64,000 nucleotides of DNA from a virus (taxonomy: Duplodnaviria; Caudoviricetes): positions 1 to 64,000 of the IMG/VR virus record IMGVR_UViG_3300025924_000017; one strand, written 5' to 3'. Numbering within the stretch: position 1 is the stretch's first letter; the number at the start of each line of letters is the position of its first letter. Below the pieces are notes generated by a model that was not told where the DNA came from, did no database searches, and saw nothing but the letters and a program-made list of their open reading frames with translations. A program made the translations under genes and the position numbers. Positions 8,773 through 17,814 of the stretch are shown piece after piece.

Positions 8773-9268
8773 ACTGGATTTGAGACGTGGTGGGGTCGTC
8801 AAACCACCGACATCGCTTCATGACATCCAATACGATTCTAAAACGCCGAGCGTTTTTCTGGGTGGCTCCATCGAAATGGGGAAGGCCACCGACTGGCAGA
8901 CGATAGCCCAAGTTCGTTTCGTCAACGCTGGCTTCGTGGTTTTCAATCCGCGCCGGGATGCTTGGGACTCGTCGTGGGAGCAGTCTATCGATAACCCCCA
9001 CTTCCGTGAGCAGGTCGAGTGGGAATGGTTTGCTCTTCAAATTTCCGCAGCCAAACTCTTCTATTTCGAGCCGAAGACACTCTCACCAATCTCGCTGATG
9101 GAGTTCGGGAGACACTGCACGAACGGCGGCACGCACGTCGTCTGTCCTGATGGCTACTGGCGGAAAGGTAACATCGACGTCGTGTGTGCCTACGAATGTG
9201 TCGAGCAAAATGCGACCCTCGACGAAGCCATCGAACGCATCATCTTCCGGTTCGGCCGTCGTGGATAA
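8765..9268 (+). CDS. nucleoside 2-deoxyribosyltransferase-like protein
   Basis: VFLGGSIEMG..DWQ..FNPRR..W..QVEWE..SPISLMEFG..YWRKGNIDVVC. Confidence 0.85.
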   Translation: MSKLDLRRGGVVKPPTSLHDIQYDSKTPSVFLGGSIEMGKATDWQTIAQVRFVNAGFVVFNPRRDAWDSSWEQSIDNPHFREQVEWEWFALQISAAKLFYFEPKTLSPISLMEFGRHCTNGGTHVVCPDGYWRKGNIDVVCAYECVEQNATLDEAIERIIFRFGRRG

Positions 9269-9617
9269 GCCTAACATCCCCGGCTCATATCTTCCCGCCG
9301 ACTGGCCTCTGAGAGTGGCGCACAAACAAGTCATCGAAGGCCTGTTCTCCAAAACTGCTGCGCGTCGAGATTCACTGCCCCCATCGAACGTCTCTTCTCT
9401 CCCGTATCTGCGTGCAATGCTCCAGCACGCTCTCGACAACTATACCATCTGGCCCGCCGACAAGACTTCCCGCTGGATCGGCTATGTGCAAGGCGTACTC
9501 ACCGCTCGCGGCTTGTTGGACGTGACATCCGAGCGCGAGCGCACGCGGAAGTTTTTCCACGAAGCCTATCAGGAGATGGGTCTGGATATCCCTCCGTCCG
9601 TGAACCTGAACTCCTGA
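9261..9617 (+). CDS. hypothetical protein
   Basis: GTG start; KTSRWIGYVQGVL motif. Confidence 0.65.
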   Translation: MDKPNIPGSYLPADWPLRVAHKQVIEGLFSKTAARRDSLPPSNVSSLPYLRAMLQHALDNYTIWPADKTSRWIGYVQGVLTARGLLDVTSERERTRKFFHEAYQEMGLDIPPSVNLNS

Positions 9618-9737
9618 CCAAACATTTGATAGTTCCTGCGGGTGAGTCTTCCACCAGAATTAACGCTGATCGCGCAAAATACCTTGCAACCCTAGGTCAG
9701 CTATGCGCGTAATGGTGGCCTTCTAGGGAGAACCACC

Positions 9738-10142
9738 ATGACACGAAGAGTTGCCGTTGAAGAAGGGCCACATCCATTGGACATCGCGCTGGGGCAGCGC
9801 ATCCGATTGGCGCGGAAGCAAATGAAATTGTCGCAAGACAATCTGGGGAGAGCCATCGGCGTCACGTTCCAGCAGATGCAGAAATACGAGCATGGAACCA
9901 ACCGCGTCAGCTTCTCGCGCCTTGTCGCGATCTCGCATGCCCTCAAGACGAGTGTCCCTGATCTGATTGGCACTCTCGGCAACGCACAGGGCTCAGGACA
10001 CGTCACGAAACAATTCGCGAAACAGACAGACCTCCTGAAGCAGCCGGGCGCCGTGGACCTTCTGGAGGCCTACAACAACCTTCCGAGCCAGAAGCAACGC
10101 CGGTCGGTCCTGACTCTCGCCCGGAACCTGAAAGAGCACTAA
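9738..10142 (+). CDS. XRE-family HTH transcription regulator
   Basis: HPLDIALGQRIR..SQDNLG..GVTFQQMQKYEHGTNRVS. Confidence 0.92.
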   Translation: MTRRVAVEEGPHPLDIALGQRIRLARKQMKLSQDNLGRAIGVTFQQMQKYEHGTNRVSFSRLVAISHALKTSVPDLIGTLGNAQGSGHVTKQFAKQTDLLKQPGAVDLLEAYNNLPSQKQRRSVLTLARNLKEH

Positions 10143-10375
10143 CCGGTCGGACGCGGTATCCACGTAGGCTTCGGTCTGGGTTGCACCAGTACCGCGTCCC
10201 GTTCCTCGCACACCAGACAGAGCGCCAGCACCTCGAAGCGCTCGTAGCTGCCTGCATCGCGGAGCACCTCGTCGGAATGGAACCGATGAGAGTGTCCGCA
10301 CGACCAGCACAGGCACCACACGATCCGCCGGTCTTGCGAGGCTCGGCGTTCCCCGATATTGATCACATCACCCAT
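10139..10375 (-). CDS. small Cys-rich protein
   Basis: CWSC..CLVC; convergent with XRE gene. Confidence 0.5.
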   Translation of the reverse strand: MGDVINIGERRASQDRRIVWCLCWSCGHSHRFHSDEVLRDAGSYERFEVLALCLVCEERDAVLVQPRPKPTWIPRPTG

Positions 10376-10423
10376 GAGAACATAATAGGAACACTATCTC
10401 CAGAGTCAAGCATAAAATCCTGA

Positions 10424-10472
10424 CATTTACTGTCCGAAAAGCGTTGACAAAACAGATCGACCATGCTACTTG
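10424..10472 (+). promoter_or_regulatory. sigma70-type phage promoter
   Basis: TTGACA 10444-10449; GC-TACTTG 10465-10472. Confidence 0.65.
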
Positions 10473-10494
10473 ACGGTCGAACTTGAGGAAATAG

Positions 10495-10683
10495 ATGATC
10501 AACGAAACCAATCCGAACTGGCCCAGACGCGATGACGGCAGTCTCAAATCGCGGGATGAGTTGACCGTGGCGGAGATCATCGGGATGAAGAAACCATATC
10601 TAATCAAGAAACCACAAACAGAAGTCTCTAGCCGATTCGCGCCACTCGGCGTCGAACTCGCGTTACTTCGGGAGGGTTGCTAA
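10495..10683 (+). CDS. hypothetical protein
   Basis: GAGGA RBS after promoter. Confidence 0.6.
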   Translation: MINETNPNWPRRDDGSLKSRDELTVAEIIGMKKPYLIKKPQTEVSSRFAPLGVELALLREGC

Positions 10684-10823
10684 TGGCCGCTGCACGTAAG
10701 ACGAAGGCGCAGAAGCGTCGGAGTGAGATCATCGCAGAACTGACGCGTTTGTCGCACAACGGCTGGAAGGGCGACTATGCGTCGCTCGAAGCGGAGCTTC
10801 GTGAATTGGAGAGAGCGCGGTGA
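10683..10823 (+). CDS. small basic protein
   Basis: TAATG coupling; MAAARKTKAQ.. Confidence 0.55.
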   Translation: MAAARKTKAQKRRSEIIAELTRLSHNGWKGDYASLEAELRELERAR

Positions 10824-11050
10824 CATCTTACGTCTACCAGCAAAAATCGGCCGCCGATGCGCGTGAAACGATTTCGGCCCAGCCGGGCGTGCTGGAAGCG
10901 CTCGGGTTGCGCTTGGGGCAGCGGGTCAACGACCGGCAGGTGTCGGCGATCATCCTCGGCAATTCGATGGTGATCGCGGAAGAAGCAAGAGCCGCCGGGT
11001 GCGATACGTCGAGGCTTGATGCCGAAATCAAGCGGATACTCGGTCAGTGA
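10820..11050 (+). CDS. hypothetical protein
   Basis: GTGA overlap. Confidence 0.6.
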   Translation: MTSYVYQQKSAADARETISAQPGVLEALGLRLGQRVNDRQVSAIILGNSMVIAEEARAAGCDTSRLDAEIKRILGQ

Positions 11051-11523
11051 CGACGCAGCGCCCCGAACCCATAACCATCTTCCCATTCAAGCCCCGCGAC
11101 TGGATTTCAGATCGCAGTGGGCGCATCGCGCGCGTCAAGACGATCTATGAAGGGCGCCCGGGAGAAATTCTGTTCGACATCATTATGTACGACCGCGATG
11201 GTTCCTGCCTCGGCCGCACGTCGCCGGTAATGGGCGGTCCACGCACGTACGAACCCTCTTGCAGTATTGAAGGCTGGCATCGCATCCCAGAGCCCGATTT
11301 TCCAATCTCGCTGGTATGGGTCGAGAAGGGTGGACGGCGGACAGCCCGGTACTACACAGGCGATCCTCTTCCTCCCGCGAATTGGAAGAAGCCTGCGCGC
11401 CGGGCGCGGCGCCTTGCAGCACTGATCGATTACCCCGATCCATACAAGAAAGCGCTCGAACAGATTGCTGACGGGCACAACGACGCCCGCGATCTGGCGG
11501 AGAAAGTGTTGGGGCGGAAGTAA
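11047..11523 (+). CDS. hypothetical protein with C-terminal DGHND module
   Basis: GTGA overlap; ends ALEQIADGHNDARDLAEKVL. Confidence 0.7.
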   Translation: MTTQRPEPITIFPFKPRDWISDRSGRIARVKTIYEGRPGEILFDIIMYDRDGSCLGRTSPVMGGPRTYEPSCSIEGWHRIPEPDFPISLVWVEKGGRRTARYYTGDPLPPANWKKPARRARRLAALIDYPDPYKKALEQIADGHNDARDLAEKVLGRK

Positions 11524-11987
11524 TGACGTTCAAATCCGCGACCCAGCCTCTCTGCCGGTTCTGTGGTAGGCCACTCAAGAAATGGACAGACACGTTCTAC
11601 GTGCATGCCACGCCACCGGCTACAGAGGCACCCGAGACAACTTTTGGAGCGCCGGGTACGCCGGAGCAATTCAAGCGAATTCCCACCGGGAGGATGACGA
11701 AGATTCACGTCGATCCCTACATCGTGGGGGCGCCGAAGACGAGGGCCGAAGCACAGACCTTGATCAACATGAAGATCGCGAGCGTGCGCAAGAATAGCGA
11801 CGGCATCATAACCCGCGTGACAGTTTGGGATGGCGAGAGTTACGAGGACGGGTTCTTCTGCTCCAACGACCACGCGATCAAATACGCTTATCACGCCGTG
11901 CAGTCGAAACACAATGCGATGATCATGGTGGCTTACCGGGATGCACGTGATAAGGCATCTGCGGCGGTTACGCTGGAGGATAAATGA
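11523..11987 (+). CDS. hypothetical protein (CRFC..FFC)
   Basis: TAATG coupling. Confidence 0.7.
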   Translation: MTFKSATQPLCRFCGRPLKKWTDTFYVHATPPATEAPETTFGAPGTPEQFKRIPTGRMTKIHVDPYIVGAPKTRAEAQTLINMKIASVRKNSDGIITRVTVWDGESYEDGFFCSNDHAIKYAYHAVQSKHNAMIMVAYRDARDKASAAVTLEDK

Positions 11988-12271
11988 CACACGCGGTAGT
12001 CAAGGTCCACGGAAACAGACATCCGCATCCTCGTGCGCGTATCGAGCGACGAGGCGGCGAAGTCGGCGTCCTCTGTCGGTGCGACGAATTCAAAGCGTTT
12101 GATTTGTACGCCACCGCCCAGACGGCTATGGGTCATAATCTGGCTCGGAATTGCGCATGTGGCCTGCACGTCGAGATCGGGCGTTCCCGTGTGGGGACGT
12201 GGAAGATCGTTCGGCAGGTCGAGGGTCGTGTTTTCGAGAGCGGCGATATGCCGATCACGCGATTGGCGTGA
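11984..12271 (+). CDS. hypothetical protein
   Basis: ATGA overlap. Confidence 0.6.
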   Translation: MTHAVVKVHGNRHPHPRARIERRGGEVGVLCRCDEFKAFDLYATAQTAMGHNLARNCACGLHVEIGRSRVGTWKIVRQVEGRVFESGDMPITRLA

Positions 12272-12319
12272 TTATTTTGTCCCGCACCAGTTGACAAATA
12301 GCCCGAGGCCTGATACACC
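12271..12319 (+). promoter_or_regulatory. sigma70-type phage promoter
   Basis: ATTATTTTGTCC 12271; TTGACA 12291-12296; TACACC 12314-12319. Confidence 0.75.
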
Positions 12320-12341
12320 CATCCTCGCTAAGGGAGATGAC

Positions 12342-12899
12342 ATGATCGACACGAACACGAACAACTATTGGAACAACAAGGGTCGGTATCAGGCCCTCGC
12401 CGATCAGTTGCAGCCGAAAATCCCAGCCGAAGGTTCGGTCGTCGGCGCGGGCAATAAGGCGCTCGAAAAGTTCCGGCTCGCCTCCAATGCCTACTACGAT
12501 CTGTTCAACAACGGCGGCGGTAACCTGCCGCGCGATATCGCCCGCTATTTCAACATTTCAGGTTGGTTGGCTAGTCAGGTGTCCGAGGCCGATGCTCTGA
12601 AGGACATCTACAGCCTGACCGAACCGGCGATGGACGAGATCGTACTGGCGGCTGCGCTGGAGCAGCGCGTCGGCATGACCCTCAAGGAATTCAAAGGGCG
12701 CCCCGGCACCAAGCTCCGCACCGAGTATGGTACGCCGATCATGGTGATCGCGCTGTGTCCCGGAATGATCAGGGGCGATGGCGGCCCGGACGCTGCAAAC
12801 GGTGGTGACGAAACGGTTCCCATCGTCAATCTCGAAACGGGACAAACGAACTTCGAGCACGTGAGCCTGAACGTTGTTCCGGCGAAGGGGGATGCGTGA
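12342..12899 (+). CDS. conserved phage hypothetical protein
   Basis: AGGGAG RBS; YWNNKGRYQ..YYDLFNNGGGN. Confidence 0.7.
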   Translation: MIDTNTNNYWNNKGRYQALADQLQPKIPAEGSVVGAGNKALEKFRLASNAYYDLFNNGGGNLPRDIARYFNISGWLASQVSEADALKDIYSLTEPAMDEIVLAAALEQRVGMTLKEFKGRPGTKLRTEYGTPIMVIALCPGMIRGDGGPDAANGGDETVPIVNLETGQTNFEHVSLNVVPAKGDA

Positions 12900-13072
12900 T
12901 GGCGGATGCCAAGCGCAAGGGCGGACGCGGTGCGAAGCTCGCATGGGCTGTCGTCTCACCGACCGGCAAGATCGACGTGGACTCGATTCGCTCGCTGAAA
13001 CGTGACTGCGATGCGGACACCGAGTTCGCGGGTGAGAAGATCAAACGGGTCGAAGTCAGGGTGATCAAATGA
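12899..13072 (+). CDS. hypothetical protein
   Basis: TGATG coupling; hand translation MADAKRKGG.. Confidence 0.55.
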   Translation: MADAKRKGGRGAKLAWAVVSPTGKIDVDSIRSLKRDCDADTEFAGEKIKRVEVRVIK

Positions 13073-13413
13073 GCGACGAAGTCATCGAATCCAAGTCCGC
13101 GAAGATCGCCGCCCTGAACGACAACCTGCGCCTCACCTTGCAAGGCGGCAAGATCATGTTCACCGCCGGTGTGGATGCCCTGTCGCCCGACGTGAAGGCG
13201 GTGGCGTTGACTGTAGTCCGCGCGTTCGATCAGTTCACCAAGGACAACGATCCGCATGGCGAGCATGACTTCGGCGCCTTCGAGGTGCTGGACGACAAGT
13301 TCTTCTGGAAGATCGACTACTACGACAAGGAACTGAAGTTCGGCAGCGAGGACCCGGCGGACCCGGAAAAGACGACGCGTGTCCTGCTAATCATGCTGAG
13401 GAGCGAATACTGA
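13069..13413 (+). CDS. DUF3768 family protein
   Basis: IAALND..NDPHGEHDFG..FWKIDYYD..DPADP..TRVLLIML..EY. Confidence 0.9.
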   Translation: MSDEVIESKSAKIAALNDNLRLTLQGGKIMFTAGVDALSPDVKAVALTVVRAFDQFTKDNDPHGEHDFGAFEVLDDKFFWKIDYYDKELKFGSEDPADPEKTTRVLLIMLRSEY

Positions 13414-13556
13414 TGATCGCGACTGTTAAGTTCAAAGTCTTCCTTCCCTTCTCAAAGGTCTGGAAGGAATTCGACGTGGACGCCGGTGTCGGCGCCGACG
13501 CGTACGAACTCAAACTGAAGGACAAGGGCATCAAGTACGCGCGGAGCCCGGCCTGA
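13413..13556 (+). CDS. hypothetical protein
   Basis: TGATG coupling at both ends. Confidence 0.55.
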   Translation: MIATVKFKVFLPFSKVWKEFDVDAGVGADAYELKLKDKGIKYARSPA

Positions 13557-14047
13557 TGCAGAAAGCAACTTCGGCGAAACAGAAATTCGCGGTCTTGATG
13601 CTCGCGGCGCTTGAGACCTATCACGCATCGACAGCGTCCCCATCCAGTCCGGAAGTTGACGCGAACATCACAAGCTCGCTCAAAATCTTCATGGACTCCC
13701 TCGACGGCTACGTCGGTGCCAAAGAGGCCTATGAGAAAGAAGAGCGGGAGCGCAGCGACCGCGAGGCGTGGCAGCGCGGAGACACGATCCAGATCGGCTC
13801 CCTCAGCATCGTTCCGAAGCGCGATTTCGGTCCGCACCCGTGGATCATTGACGGCAAGCAGGTCACGCATGGGTGGGTCGTCATCGAAAACCATTGCAAC
13901 GCTCTCCCCGGCGCGACGTGGGGACGGTCACGCGACGAGGCGACGATGCTACTCCATCTCTGGGTGGGCGCTGATCGCGACGCCGACCGGTTCTGGGGCC
14001 TGCTGCGCGCGATGCAGTATATGACGGGGAAGTTGAGGACCATCTGA
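13556..14047 (+). CDS. hypothetical protein
   Basis: Coupled ORF. Confidence 0.7.
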   Translation: MQKATSAKQKFAVLMLAALETYHASTASPSSPEVDANITSSLKIFMDSLDGYVGAKEAYEKEERERSDREAWQRGDTIQIGSLSIVPKRDFGPHPWIIDGKQVTHGWVVIENHCNALPGATWGRSRDEATMLLHLWVGADRDADRFWGLLRAMQYMTGKLRTI

Positions 14048-14274
14048 TGGGCAGTGAACAGCGCGCTATCCGCGTCATCTTCACCGAGGTCGGTTCGGCA
14101 CTCTCAGGCCGCGATACGCGTTGTGAGGATGGCGTCTATCGTAAAGGCGCGACGTTCTTTCAGATCGATAAGACTGAAGAAGAGTGCATCGCGGAAGCGC
14201 GGCGCCGGTTCGCCGACAAGGACATTTATGCTATTCGCGTGGACGGACCTTACAGTCTGACGACGGGCGACTGA
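14047..14274 (+). CDS. hypothetical protein
   Basis: Coupled ORF. Confidence 0.6.
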   Translation: MGSEQRAIRVIFTEVGSALSGRDTRCEDGVYRKGATFFQIDKTEEECIAEARRRFADKDIYAIRVDGPYSLTTGD

Positions 14275-14606
14275 TGCGTGATGACAAACCCATCGAACAA
14301 AAATTTGGCTACGAACACATGCTGGAGATGCAGCAGATCGAAGCTAATCTCCGCAACGAAGGTTTCGACGGCGTAGCGCTCCACTTCGAATCGATTCGGT
14401 GCTACGACCGGCGCCATAAGAACGACATTCCGTTCCGCGTTCTCCAACAGATCGCGAAAGAGGATGGAAAGGCATGGGCTGGAGGCGGCAGTCCTAAGCC
14501 GAGCGACACAGATATACTGCGGGATGCGCTCATCGCGATCCGCGACGGACACAACGATCCGCGAGCACTGGCGGCGGAAGTATTGGAGAAGTTGAATGGC
14601 GCATGA
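14274..14606 (+). CDS. hypothetical protein with C-terminal DGHND module
   Basis: Ends ALIAIRDGHNDPRALAAEVL. Confidence 0.7.
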   Translation: MRDDKPIEQKFGYEHMLEMQQIEANLRNEGFDGVALHFESIRCYDRRHKNDIPFRVLQQIAKEDGKAWAGGGSPKPSDTDILRDALIAIRDGHNDPRALAAEVLEKLNGA

Positions 14607-15126
14607 CTGGAAATGTGTGAACAAGATGCAAGGCTCTTACGCAGCCGAGATCAACGTTCGTCTTTACAGAGCACAGATCACGGCTGAAAATAGGGTCGCC
14701 ATTATCCGCTACGGTGATCAGATCGGCATCCGTGACGATCTCGACGCTGCGTGGGACTTCGCGACCCGGCACGCCGCAGGCGGCCCGGTCTCAGCGAAAA
14801 TCAGACATCGCGGCGTGTTCATCGAGCGGCAGGGGCTCGACGCGACCGGCTACAAATACATCTGCCACACCGGGATCGATAAATTTTTACCCGATCTCTA
14901 TGACTCGCAGGAACAAGCGGTCGAAGCGGTGGACGCCAAACTCAACGACGCTCCGAAGGCAGCGCGCGCCCGCAAGCTCCTAGAACGAATCGCCGGTGAG
15001 GTGGTAAAGCCGGACTCTCCCGAGACGCTGTCCTTCCAGAAGCTCACCATGGAATCCCTCAAAATGCCGGACGAAGTGTTGGCGCGGATCGCGGACATTC
15101 TCGATACGCCGGAAACTGAGCATTGA
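14596..15126 (+). CDS. hypothetical protein
   Basis: GGAG RBS; overlapping ORF. Confidence 0.7.
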   Translation: MAHDWKCVNKMQGSYAAEINVRLYRAQITAENRVAIIRYGDQIGIRDDLDAAWDFATRHAAGGPVSAKIRHRGVFIERQGLDATGYKYICHTGIDKFLPDLYDSQEQAVEAVDAKLNDAPKAARARKLLERIAGEVVKPDSPETLSFQKLTMESLKMPDEVLARIADILDTPETEH

Positions 15127-15140
15127 AAAGGAAACGCAGT

Positions 15141-15323
15141 ATGAAGATCATCGTTCGCAATGCGCCCATGCAGAACGGCTATCAGGCGTTAGTCGATGGC
15201 AAGCCCGCACTCTGGGCAGCCGGTAAAACCGCCAACGATGCCATCGGCGATCTGATCCGTACACACCCGGAGGCGTTCGGCATCCAGATCGAATATCCGG
15301 CGGAGGTGCGTTGTGTGGCCTAA
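15141..15323 (+). CDS. hypothetical protein
   Basis: AAGGA RBS. Confidence 0.6.
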   Translation: MKIIVRNAPMQNGYQALVDGKPALWAAGKTANDAIGDLIRTHPEAFGIQIEYPAEVRCVA

Positions 15324-15498
15324 GGAACTCGACGCTGAACGCTCCGGGGACACCAACGCATATCGGCCCGGCCCTCGCGCTTACTGCCCGATCTGTCACA
15401 TCTTCGAGCCCGGCACGCACGGGCCGCGCTGCGCCGGGCTCGGTGAGGGCGAGATCGTCGGCTACGGACCGTTGGATCGTGACTTGGTGCGGTCGTGA
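15313..15498 (+). CDS. small CxxC protein
   Basis: GGAGG RBS, GTG start; CPIC. Confidence 0.55.
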   Translation: MWPKELDAERSGDTNAYRPGPRAYCPICHIFEPGTHGPRCAGLGEGEIVGYGPLDRDLVRS

Positions 15499-15546
15499 TC
15501 TATTTGTCAGAAAAGAGTTGACAAAACACCCCAACTGAGATAAACG
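15498..15546 (+). promoter_or_regulatory. sigma70-type promoter, probably leaderless
   Basis: TTGACA 15518-15523; ATG 15554 lies 7 nt after the -10. Confidence 0.6.
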
Positions 15547-15553
15547 GCGGCAC

Positions 15554-15736
15554 ATGAGAGCTTACGTCAAGCGTCAGTTCGAGGACCCGCTGGATGGGAA
15601 ATTCCCGACCAAGCAATCCAAGGCGCGTGGGCGGAAGCGCCGGGCAAAGCACAAGCGGATCGCCCGGAAGTTCAAGAAGGGTGTCCGGCAGGATGCGATG
15701 CTGTCGGAAAAATTGGCACAGGCGGTGGATCAATGA
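15554..15736 (+). CDS. small basic protein
   Basis: Promoter-proximal ORF, K/R rich. Confidence 0.6.
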   Translation: MRAYVKRQFEDPLDGKFPTKQSKARGRKRRAKHKRIARKFKKGVRQDAMLSEKLAQAVDQ

Positions 15737-15990
15737 TCGCAGAGAAACGAGTTGAAACGCTCCTCAACAAGGCCGCCGCGCGCTGGAAGGTCTCGCGAGT
15801 CGGGATCACCCTCGATACCGGTAAATCACAGACCGAGGAGAACCGTTGCGTGATCACAGGTCAATGTGTAGCGCATGATCACCCTGTGAAAGGCTGGCGC
15901 GCGATGCAGGCCTACCCAATAGGCACCGGCAGTACATTAGAACAAGCTATCAATGACGCGCTCAATCGGCCGATCAATACGGAGCACTGA
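15733..15990 (+). CDS. hypothetical protein
   Basis: ATGA overlap. Confidence 0.6.
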   Translation: MIAEKRVETLLNKAAARWKVSRVGITLDTGKSQTEENRCVITGQCVAHDHPVKGWRAMQAYPIGTGSTLEQAINDALNRPINTEH

Positions 15991-16172
15991 TGTCCATCAA
16001 GGAACAACGACTCAAGCGCCGTAACGCCAAACTCCTCAAACTCCTGATCGAGACGACGACGGAGCTTGAGGGCTACATCGTCGATGGCGAGCACACCGGC
16101 GAGAATACGAACGCGCCCACGAAGCGGCTGGTGAAGCGCTGCCGGAAAGCGATCAACGAGGAACAAGCCTGA
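15990..16172 (+). CDS. hypothetical protein
   Basis: TGATG coupling. Confidence 0.6.
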   Translation: MSIKEQRLKRRNAKLLKLLIETTTELEGYIVDGEHTGENTNAPTKRLVKRCRKAINEEQA

Positions 16173-16405
16173 TGCCAGAATTCAACCGCACGCCCATCTG
16201 GATGGCGGCGCAGCGCGCGACCGGCTACACGGCCGACGCGATCAGCGCACTCGTGGACATGCAAGGGTTCGGACGGACCCCCGGCATGATCGAAGTGTCC
16301 GGCGAAAGGGCGATCATCGCGCTCGACAACGCATTGAAGGCCGTCAGGGAAGCGCGGGGTATCGCAAAGCGTGCTCGCAAAGCGGCGGAGGCGTCCGAGA
16401 AATGA
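16172..16405 (+). CDS. hypothetical protein
   Basis: TGATG coupling. Confidence 0.6.
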   Translation: MPEFNRTPIWMAAQRATGYTADAISALVDMQGFGRTPGMIEVSGERAIIALDNALKAVREARGIAKRARKAAEASEK

Positions 16406-16626
16406 AGTTCTATCGCATCTCACTCACCAGCGTCGCCGATGGTCATCAAGGTTACGAATATACGACCACGAAGCCCGCTGCGAATGCTATTCAGAAAGGC
16501 TGGCTCGAAAGTGCGACCGAAGAAGACGGTCACGCTTCGTCAGTCGAGGAGATCGACATCAAACCGACCAAGGCCGGTATCCTCGCGGCGCTCAAGATGT
16601 ACGCCGATCACGCGGAAAACGGCTGA
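16402..16626 (+). CDS. hypothetical protein
   Basis: ATGA overlap. Confidence 0.6.
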   Translation: MKFYRISLTSVADGHQGYEYTTTKPAANAIQKGWLESATEEDGHASSVEEIDIKPTKAGILAALKMYADHAENG

Positions 16627-16904
16627 TGTTCGACCATCCAGACGGCCCTCGCGCCGCCCCAGCGTGCCCAGAAGACGGCACGCCGCATGACGTGACGATC
16701 CTCTATGACGAGGATGCAGAGGAATACAGGCTGATCCCGAACAACGAGAAGGCGCTCAGCACCCTCCTCACGATCTCGCCGGAAGGCTGCGAAGGCCTCA
16801 CGGTCGGCGCCGAGACGGTTCCCATCCCGTGGATCGGTGCGTGGTTCATCGCCGAATCGCTGCGAGACGATCACGGCCTGACGATCCGGGAGCGCCGGGT
16901 TTAA
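16626..16904 (+). CDS. hypothetical acidic protein
   Basis: TGATG coupling; MFDHPDG.. Confidence 0.6.
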   Translation: MFDHPDGPRAAPACPEDGTPHDVTILYDEDAEEYRLIPNNEKALSTLLTISPEGCEGLTVGAETVPIPWIGAWFIAESLRDDHGLTIRERRV

Positions 16905-16947
16905 TTGTCATTCGACAGTTGACAATTGAAATCGGCCGTGCTATCCA
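16899..16947 (+). promoter_or_regulatory. sigma70-type phage promoter
   Basis: TTGACA 16919-16924; GC-TATCCA 16940-16947. Confidence 0.7.
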
Positions 16948-16970
16948 CTCTCTCGAAACGAGGGAACCTG

Positions 16971-17189
16971 ATGGACTTCGACCGAGACTTCCTAGCTGGC
17001 CTAGACCGCCCCGATCTGCGGCGTGCTCTGTGGTTCACCCGCCGACAGGACGCTCGTCCAGACGAGCGCAATCCGGCGGCAGCCCAGTACGACGGGCTGG
17101 CGACGGCAGGATCAGTTCGCGCCGAGTACAGGCGTCGGGGTTGGAAGGTACCGAAGGCGACGCAGGCTGAGAGGGTGGAGCATATCTGA
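16971..17189 (+). CDS. hypothetical protein
   Basis: GAGGGA RBS. Confidence 0.6.
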   Translation: MDFDRDFLAGLDRPDLRRALWFTRRQDARPDERNPAAAQYDGLATAGSVRAEYRRRGWKVPKATQAERVEHI

Positions 17190-17497
17190 TGAATTTCCCA
17201 GTAGGAATCCATAAGACCCAACGCCCGAAATTCGACGAGAGCCGCTTCGGCCGTGCTTGGTGGGAGTGCGATGTCGTGCTCCCGGACGGCACGAAGGTCA
17301 ACGGACACTACGAAGCAACTCGCGGTTCGCAGTTCTACTTTATGGTCGGCGAGCAGTGGTACAAGGGCGCCATCGACCGGTACGACACCGAAGAGAGCAG
17401 GCACGTCATCACGCCTGATCTTCAGAACACTCCGGCGATGCGCAGCGTGAAGCGCGGTCTGACCGCATTCGGCGGCGCTTGGAAAGGGAAATCATAG
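17189..17497 (+). CDS. hypothetical protein
   Basis: TGATG coupling. Confidence 0.65.
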   Translation: MNFPVGIHKTQRPKFDESRFGRAWWECDVVLPDGTKVNGHYEATRGSQFYFMVGEQWYKGAIDRYDTEESRHVITPDLQNTPAMRSVKRGLTAFGGAWKGKS

Positions 17498-17499
17498 GC

Positions 17500-17814
17500 A
17501 TGGCTTACGGCTTCACAACACCCGGCGGCATCCGCTTCGAGCCCTCTCTCACCGATCCCGGAGACTACGACGCCAAGGCTGGCGGCATCATCTTCAGCAT
17601 CGTGAAATCTACGGACGCTGGTTTTGGAATTTCTGCCTACAAGGTTGGCAAGAACCTCAATACGCAGATCGCCCAAAGCGGAATCCTATGGTGCGGAGCG
17701 CGCAAGCGCTGTGTTGCCCACGCAGATCATCTCCTGCGCAAGCACGGCGAGGACCTGACGAAAGAACAGCAGGCAGCGAAGGACAAGTTCCTTCAGGATA
17801 ATCCCCATGGCTAA
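17500..17814 (+). CDS. hypothetical protein
   Basis: MAYGFTTPGG.. Confidence 0.65.
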   Translation: MAYGFTTPGGIRFEPSLTDPGDYDAKAGGIIFSIVKSTDAGFGISAYKVGKNLNTQIAQSGILWCGARKRCVAHADHLLRKHGEDLTKEQQAAKDKFLQDNPHG

